A stretch of DNA of 64,000 bases from the NCBI GenBank assembly GCA_965116795.1, contig OZ220716.1, positions 394,503 through 458,502 of the forward strand, read 5' to 3'. Below are positions 59,022-64,000 of the stretch, piece by piece. The position numbers and the translations under genes were made by a program. Numbering within the stretch: the first letter of the stretch is position 1; each line of letters begins with the position of its first letter. The notes under the pieces are model-generated. The model did no database searches. It worked only from the letters and a program-made list of their open reading frames with translations, and was not told the DNA's origin. The DNA is from Gammaproteobacteria bacterium. Lineage in GTDB: Bacteria; Pseudomonadota; Gammaproteobacteria; JAJFKG01.

Positions 59022-59238
59022 ATTAGACTCATTCATCAACTTTATCTACTCAGCCGACCATTACATTACCAAAAAACGTCAGCGTTGAACTGCAGAATTT
59101 AGATTCAAGCAATGTGTATATATTTATTGGTTGGGACTTTGGAAAAGTGGGCGCACACTAATATTGTCAAGCATGCGCCACTATGGAAGATTGTTTAATA
59201 TGAATGAGCAAACTTTGGTGATTGCTCACAGTTGAAAA

Positions 59239-59550
59239 TTAATATTGACGTTCACGACCGCCACTACGACGACCACCGCGACCACCACCGCCGCCACCAG
59301 CATTTTCACGTGCACGGTCAACTTTCAATTTACGGCCTTCGTATTCATAGTCATTAAACTGCTCTAATGCAGCTGTCGCACCTGTTTTATCAACAAATGT
59401 AATAAAGGCATAGCCTTTTGAACGACCTGTTTCGCGATCACTAATCAGCCGAACTTCTTGTACTTCGCCGGCTTTACCAAATAGTGACCTCACATCTTCA
59501 TCAGTCGCAGAGAAAGGTAAATTCCCAACATAGAGTTTTGCAGTTTCCAT
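59239..59550 (-). CDS. RRM-domain RNA-binding protein with Gly/Arg-rich tail
   Basis: RNP2 LYVGNL, RNP1 KGYAFITF, GGGGGRGGRR tail; SD AGGAG. Confidence 0.93.
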   Translation of the reverse strand: METAKLYVGNLPFSATDEDVRSLFGKAGEVQEVRLISDRETGRSKGYAFITFVDKTGATAALEQFNDYEYEGRKLKVDRARENAGGGGGGRGGRRSGGRERQY

Positions 59551-59883
59551 AATAGTCTCCTAGATCAAATTTTATACTGCTGCAAAGTAATGGAATCGGG
59601 AACAACCAAAGCACCTGATCAAACACAACTTGTAGCTCGGGCATGCTAACATAAGAACCAGTACACATCTATTAAGGTAGCTATTAATCTATTAAATAAG
59701 GTATAATTTTGACCAGAAATACGCTCTAAATAATACATGACATCTCATTAATCTACTACAAACCAGCACACCATACTGAATGATTGCTATGCAAATAGCA
59801 TGAGTTACAGTATATTTAGCAGTGTGTTACCTGGCGTTTTCATTAGTAAACCCATCTAGGTTAAATCACAAAACAAAAGGTAT

Positions 59884-59930
59884 TACACTCAAAGCGTTTT
59901 GACTGTAGGCGAGGCGGCAAGCTTGTGAAC
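59884..59930 (+). repeat. ERIC/IRU-like repeat family C, left half
   Basis: TACACTCAAAGCGTTTTGACTGTAGGCGAGGCGGCAAG..GTGAA. Confidence 0.55.
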
Positions 59931-59950
59931 AAATCGATGTGGATGGTATA

Positions 59951-60763
59951 ATGACAATTAATACTCTTACCCAAACCGTATCACCTACCCACTCATTTGG
60001 GGCTAATTATCAACCACGTCGCTCAGTACGCCATCATTCATACTACCGCTTCAGAACATACACGGCTAGCGCTGGCAGTAATCAACTGGTCATAGCAGCA
60101 ACACCTTTATTTACCCTGATGATGGTACTGCAATACACTCAGTACGCAGCTAATGCAACACCACTACATCAACAAATAGTACATGAAATAAACGCCTTTG
60201 AAAGTGCAGCACTGGCGCAAGGTTATTCAGATGAATTCGTGATGGTGGCACGCTATGCATTATGTGCAGCTGTTGATGAAACCATGCGCATTACTCAATG
60301 GGGACAACAGCAGCAATGGGATCAATGTAATTTACTGTCTACGTTTCAACAAACGCTCTCTACCAATGATTGTTTCGTTTCCATTTTAGACCAATTACGT
60401 GATGATCCAAAACACTATATCGATATTTTAGAAATCATGTATCTGTGTTTAAGTCTTGGTTTTGAAAGTCGTTACCGTGAGCAACACCACGATAAGATTG
60501 AACAGTTAATCGATGAATTATATCGTCTGATTTGCAGCCAGCGTGGTCGCATTAAAAAGCGTTTATCTGTTTGCAAACATTTCACTAAGCAAGTTATCAA
60601 AAAACCTCGTGGTATTTCACTATGGCGTTCATTGATAACGGGTAGTATGTTAATTGGCATACTATATACAGTGTTTACATACACCACCTTTACGATTACT
60701 CAGCCGCTAACTCACACATTACAACAACTTACTGTGCATACCAAGATTGCACAGAGTAATTAA
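59951..60763 (+). CDS. dotU: DotU/IcmH (TssL-family) secretion system membrane protein
   Basis: N.LV.AA.PL, ARYALCA..DE, W....LL..F, LEIMYLCLSLGFE.RY; C-terminal TM. Confidence 0.88.
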   Translation: MTINTLTQTVSPTHSFGANYQPRRSVRHHSYYRFRTYTASAGSNQLVIAATPLFTLMMVLQYTQYAANATPLHQQIVHEINAFESAALAQGYSDEFVMVARYALCAAVDETMRITQWGQQQQWDQCNLLSTFQQTLSTNDCFVSILDQLRDDPKHYIDILEIMYLCLSLGFESRYREQHHDKIEQLIDELYRLICSQRGRIKKRLSVCKHFTKQVIKKPRGISLWRSLITGSMLIGILYTVFTYTTFTITQPLTHTLQQLTVHTKIAQSN

Positions 60764-60765
60764 AC

Positions 60766-62715
60766 ATGGCAAAAAATCAAAAACGCATGTTAATCATGCA
60801 ATCATTAAGTTTTCTATTGTTATGTATAACCATCATGCTAGTCTGGCATGTTGGTGATCAACTGCATATTGCTGGGTATACCCCATTAGCAACATCATTA
60901 AGTCGCACAGTTGTTAACAGTCTATTTATCATTTGTTGGTTATCACTTATTTTAAGAAAAACCAAACAACCCTTTATTTTTTCGTCACGCCAAGCTAAAA
61001 CCAGAGCAATGTTAACATTACTGAATCACCGATTTTATGGTGCCATTCATTTTTTAAAACGCACATCGACAAAATCGAAAACACAAACAAATCATTTATA
61101 TGACTTACCTTGGTATTTAGTTATCGGGCCACCTGGCTCTGGTAAAACAACACTGCTAGCAAAATCAGGTTTATCATTCTCGCTAGCCAAACAACAAAAT
61201 AATATTCAATCAACAGAATTGTGTGACTGGTGGGTAAGTCGTGAAGCTGTGTTTTTAGATACAACTGGACAATTCTGCCCAACAACGAAATATATGCTGC
61301 ATTATAAAATACTGTGGCATCGCTTATTACAACTGATTAAAGAACAAGGCCAGACACGCTTAAATGGTATCATATTAGTGTTAGATTTACCGGGCATCGC
61401 TAAATTACCACACAACAAAAAATTATTGCTATACCATAATATACGTTCAAATTTGGCTGTTGTTAAAAAATGCTTACCAACTGAAATTCCTGTGTATTTG
61501 ATATGTAATCAGTGTGACCGCATTCTCGGTTTCCAGGAATTTTTTGCTGACCTTGGTAAAGAAGAACAGCAGCAAATATGGGGAACAACATTGGCTAACT
61601 CGTATAATATACGACAACGCTCATTATTAACCATTGTAAAAAAAGAATTTTCAGCATTACTTATGCGATTACATGAACGCTTACTATGGCGTTTACATCA
61701 TGAACGCAACCAACAAACAAGGCTATTAATTAAAGACTTTCCCGTACAGTTAGACATGCTCAGCAAACAAATACTATTAGCTATTAAACAGATGGCTAAT
61801 ACTAGCAAACTATTGTGGCTACGCGGCATTTACTTAACTAGCAGCACGCAAACTAACGATATAGAAGATTATGTATTATCTACGGTGCAAAAAAACTTAA
61901 ATTTGCCAGACATAGCTACTCATCGATTACAAACTGTATCTTATCATCAGCCAACTGCACTTTTTTCTAAACATTTTCTACAACAATTATTACAGCAAGA
62001 TCAACACTTAGTATCAAAGAATAATGCTCACTTAATTAAAACATGTGGACGGCATACAACCATTATTTCTGTTAGCATTATTGTATTTTATTGCGCATTT
62101 ACTTGGTCACAACAATTAAATCAATACAATAAACGTATTGTGCAGATTGAAAAAACACTTGCTAATTACCAAGTGCTCACTGCAATTATACAAAAATCTA
62201 CGCCAACTGATGTCAATCACGATACTCAACAGTCTACTCGTCATAGAGTAAGACTTATTCTACCTGCATTGAATGCAGCACAATCAGCTACAGATATGTT
62301 ATCAACGGTCCAATTAACACGGCTTACACGTTGGCTCAGCAACAATCATCAACAACTGTATGACAATGTACAACAACTCTATCAACAGGCACTGGTACAA
62401 TTACTCACACCAGAAATAATGCATATTGTGTATACGAAATTATTGAATACACATGAATATACATCAGCAGATTTTTACAGTGATTTAGAAGTATACTTAA
62501 TGCTAGGCCAACCCAAACACTTAAATTATAGCCTTGTACATGCTTGGCTAAATGCTTATTGGCAACAATTGTTTCCTGATGATGAAACAATCCAACAACA
62601 ATTAAAGCAACATACCTCAAATTGGTTAGCAGGCACATTAGAACCCATCAAATTAGATGATACGTTACTAGCAAAAATACATGAAGAAATAGAAAAGCAA
62701 CAGCAGAATAGTTAA
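60766..62715 (+). CDS. icmF: IcmF (TssM-family) protein, short form
   Basis: N-terminal TMs, LY.LPWYLVIGPPGSGKTTLL, CDWW, DTTG, LNGIIL, GF.EFF, WG, LRGIYLTS. Confidence 0.85.
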   Translation: MAKNQKRMLIMQSLSFLLLCITIMLVWHVGDQLHIAGYTPLATSLSRTVVNSLFIICWLSLILRKTKQPFIFSSRQAKTRAMLTLLNHRFYGAIHFLKRTSTKSKTQTNHLYDLPWYLVIGPPGSGKTTLLAKSGLSFSLAKQQNNIQSTELCDWWVSREAVFLDTTGQFCPTTKYMLHYKILWHRLLQLIKEQGQTRLNGIILVLDLPGIAKLPHNKKLLLYHNIRSNLAVVKKCLPTEIPVYLICNQCDRILGFQEFFADLGKEEQQQIWGTTLANSYNIRQRSLLTIVKKEFSALLMRLHERLLWRLHHERNQQTRLLIKDFPVQLDMLSKQILLAIKQMANTSKLLWLRGIYLTSSTQTNDIEDYVLSTVQKNLNLPDIATHRLQTVSYHQPTALFSKHFLQQLLQQDQHLVSKNNAHLIKTCGRHTTIISVSIIVFYCAFTWSQQLNQYNKRIVQIEKTLANYQVLTAIIQKSTPTDVNHDTQQSTRHRVRLILPALNAAQSATDMLSTVQLTRLTRWLSNNHQQLYDNVQQLYQQALVQLLTPEIMHIVYTKLLNTHEYTSADFYSDLEVYLMLGQPKHLNYSLVHAWLNAYWQQLFPDDETIQQQLKQHTSNWLAGTLEPIKLDDTLLAKIHEEIEKQQQNS

Positions 62716-62734
62716 TTCACTGTGGAATTTAGGT
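62716..62734. repeat. Solo TIR remnant of MITE family A between convergent stop codons
   Basis: ACTGTGGAATTTAGGT followed by TAA matches the right ends at 52467 and 33903. Confidence 0.55.
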
Positions 62735-63792
62735 TAAACCGCCAATGCGTGTTGCTGCCATTGCTGGAACAACTGTTTTAACTCATTGGTTGCTTTTGCA
62801 ATATTGACTTGGTATTCACGTAATTTCGACTCAGCATAGGCTGCTTCAAATTTTTTAATCTTTGTAATACATTGCTGTATCGACTCTTGCAATTGCTGCA
62901 ATAATTGTGGCTGAGTTTTGTTAGACAGCGCACGTTGACTGACTTCAAAACGCGCTTGTATCAAACGATATTTAGGTACTCGATATAACTTTGATGCTAA
63001 ACCTAACTTTGACAAACCAAAGATAAACCATTTACTAGGATCAAAATGATAAAAACGCACGCCATTACGATAATCACGTGAAAATTGGTGATGGTAGTTA
63101 TGATAACCTTCACCAAATGTAACTAACGCTGATAACCAATTATCACGTGCTGTTGTATCGGTAGCATACTGCTGACCACCTACAATATGGCATAGTGAAT
63201 TAATACAGAATGTACCATGATGCACAAAGGTCAGTCGCAATAAACCAGCAATAATAAATCCTGCTAATGCTTGTCCCCAACATGCAGCAATTAATGTTGG
63301 TAATACTAACCCCATACCAGAAGCAAACCATACATAGTATTGGTGCTGCATACGTAACAATTTGTTACTATTCAAGTCAGCCACATTACTGTAGTCACGT
63401 TTACTGTAATCAAGATGAAATAACCAGCCCATGTGTGCATGCCAAAACCCTTGCTTAATATTATACGGATCACGTGGGGTATCTACATAACGGTGATGAT
63501 TACGATGATCGGTCGCCCATTCCAACACACTGCCTTCAAATGCAGATGCACCAAATAAGATGAAAAACCACTGCACTGGCCGCGATGCTTGATAGGCCTT
63601 ATGGGAAAATAAACGATGGTAGCCTGCGGTAATTGATAAACCACCTGTAATCACCAATACAGCTGTTAACACCCAAGTTTGCCAGACAATATGTGAAAAA
63701 ATGCACAATAATAGTGTGCCGATTAAGCTAGCCAACGGTACGATGCTGAAAAATAAGATATTTTGCCAATTGTAATAGCGAGATTTCGACAT
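62734..63792 (-). CDS. Delta-9-type acyl-CoA/lipid fatty acid desaturase
   Basis: His boxes HRLFSH, HRNHH, GEGYHNYHH. Confidence 0.93.
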   Translation of the reverse strand: MSKSRYYNWQNILFFSIVPLASLIGTLLLCIFSHIVWQTWVLTAVLVITGGLSITAGYHRLFSHKAYQASRPVQWFFILFGASAFEGSVLEWATDHRNHHRYVDTPRDPYNIKQGFWHAHMGWLFHLDYSKRDYSNVADLNSNKLLRMQHQYYVWFASGMGLVLPTLIAACWGQALAGFIIAGLLRLTFVHHGTFCINSLCHIVGGQQYATDTTARDNWLSALVTFGEGYHNYHHQFSRDYRNGVRFYHFDPSKWFIFGLSKLGLASKLYRVPKYRLIQARFEVSQRALSNKTQPQLLQQLQESIQQCITKIKKFEAAYAESKLREYQVNIAKATNELKQLFQQWQQHALAV

Positions 63793-63928
63793 GATTTTCC
63801 TTACATTAACAATGTGTTATATAAAACAAATTTATGAATTGTGACAAGCATAGCGGATCCACCCTATTGATACAAGCAATAAGACCGTGCAGGCCGATTT
63901 GAACTGCGACGACATCGTGGCATCAATA

Positions 63929-64000
63929 TTATCGATACTGGCCAAACACCGCATCTAATTGGGTTAATACGTGGGTTAACTGTTCTTCAGTAATCACTAA
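63929..64000 (-). CDS. Partial CDS 3' end, possibly a class III aminotransferase
   Basis: LVITEEQLTHVLTQLDAVFGQYR* resembles the (PP)LVITEE C-terminus; only 24 codons visible. Confidence 0.35.
   Translation of the reverse strand, partial: LVITEEQLTHVLTQLDAVFGQYR

Larger units (their letters stand above)
58724..59023 (+). repeat. Duplicated 95-bp unit (58724-58818 and 58929-59023), 1 mismatch
   Basis: Direct comparison; 205-bp offset. Confidence 0.95.

Noticed and set aside
58724-59023. CRISPR array
   Set aside because: Only two 95-bp units with a 110-bp spacer and no cas genes; the unit has promoter-terminator structure.
59951-62715. Type VI secretion cluster
   Set aside because: Only TssL/TssM-family homologs; no hcp, vgrG, sheath or baseplate genes in the window.

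Overview
Chromosomal segment of a moderately AT-rich gammaproteobacterium that looks Legionellales/Coxiellaceae-like (LqsR-type regulator, stand-alone dotU-icmF pair, Pht-like MFS, queuine-salvage-type tgt). Most of the window is housekeeping: birA, plsY, tsaD, miaB-phoH-ybeY-corC, lnt, mrdA-rodA-mltB, trmB, asmA-mutY-yggX, leuS-lptE-holA and yicC-gmk-rpoZ-spoT, plus three tRNAs (Thr-TGT, Gly-CCC, Phe-GAA). The main accessory feature is a ~12 kb phage-satellite-like element integrated in tRNA-Thr (1356-13400). It has 52-bp att repeats, a frameshifted tyrosine integrase, an AlpA/Xis-like HTH, a split primase-helicase and an iteron origin, but no capsid genes. Its cargo is a very AT-rich three-gene cluster (Fe/2OG oxygenase, ATP-grasp ligase, MFS-like exporter) and an 845-aa repeat protein. 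Other notable signals: (1) a near-perfect duplicated 95-bp promoter-sRNA-terminator unit, divergent from a degenerate lqsR-like gene and complementary to its leader; (2) three families of small palindromic repeats, some supplying gene 3' ends; (3) an lgm-like lipid A modification operon next to tRNA-Phe; (4) a FipB-like FKBP_N-DsbA fusion. All functional calls come from motif recognition by eye; no database searches were run.
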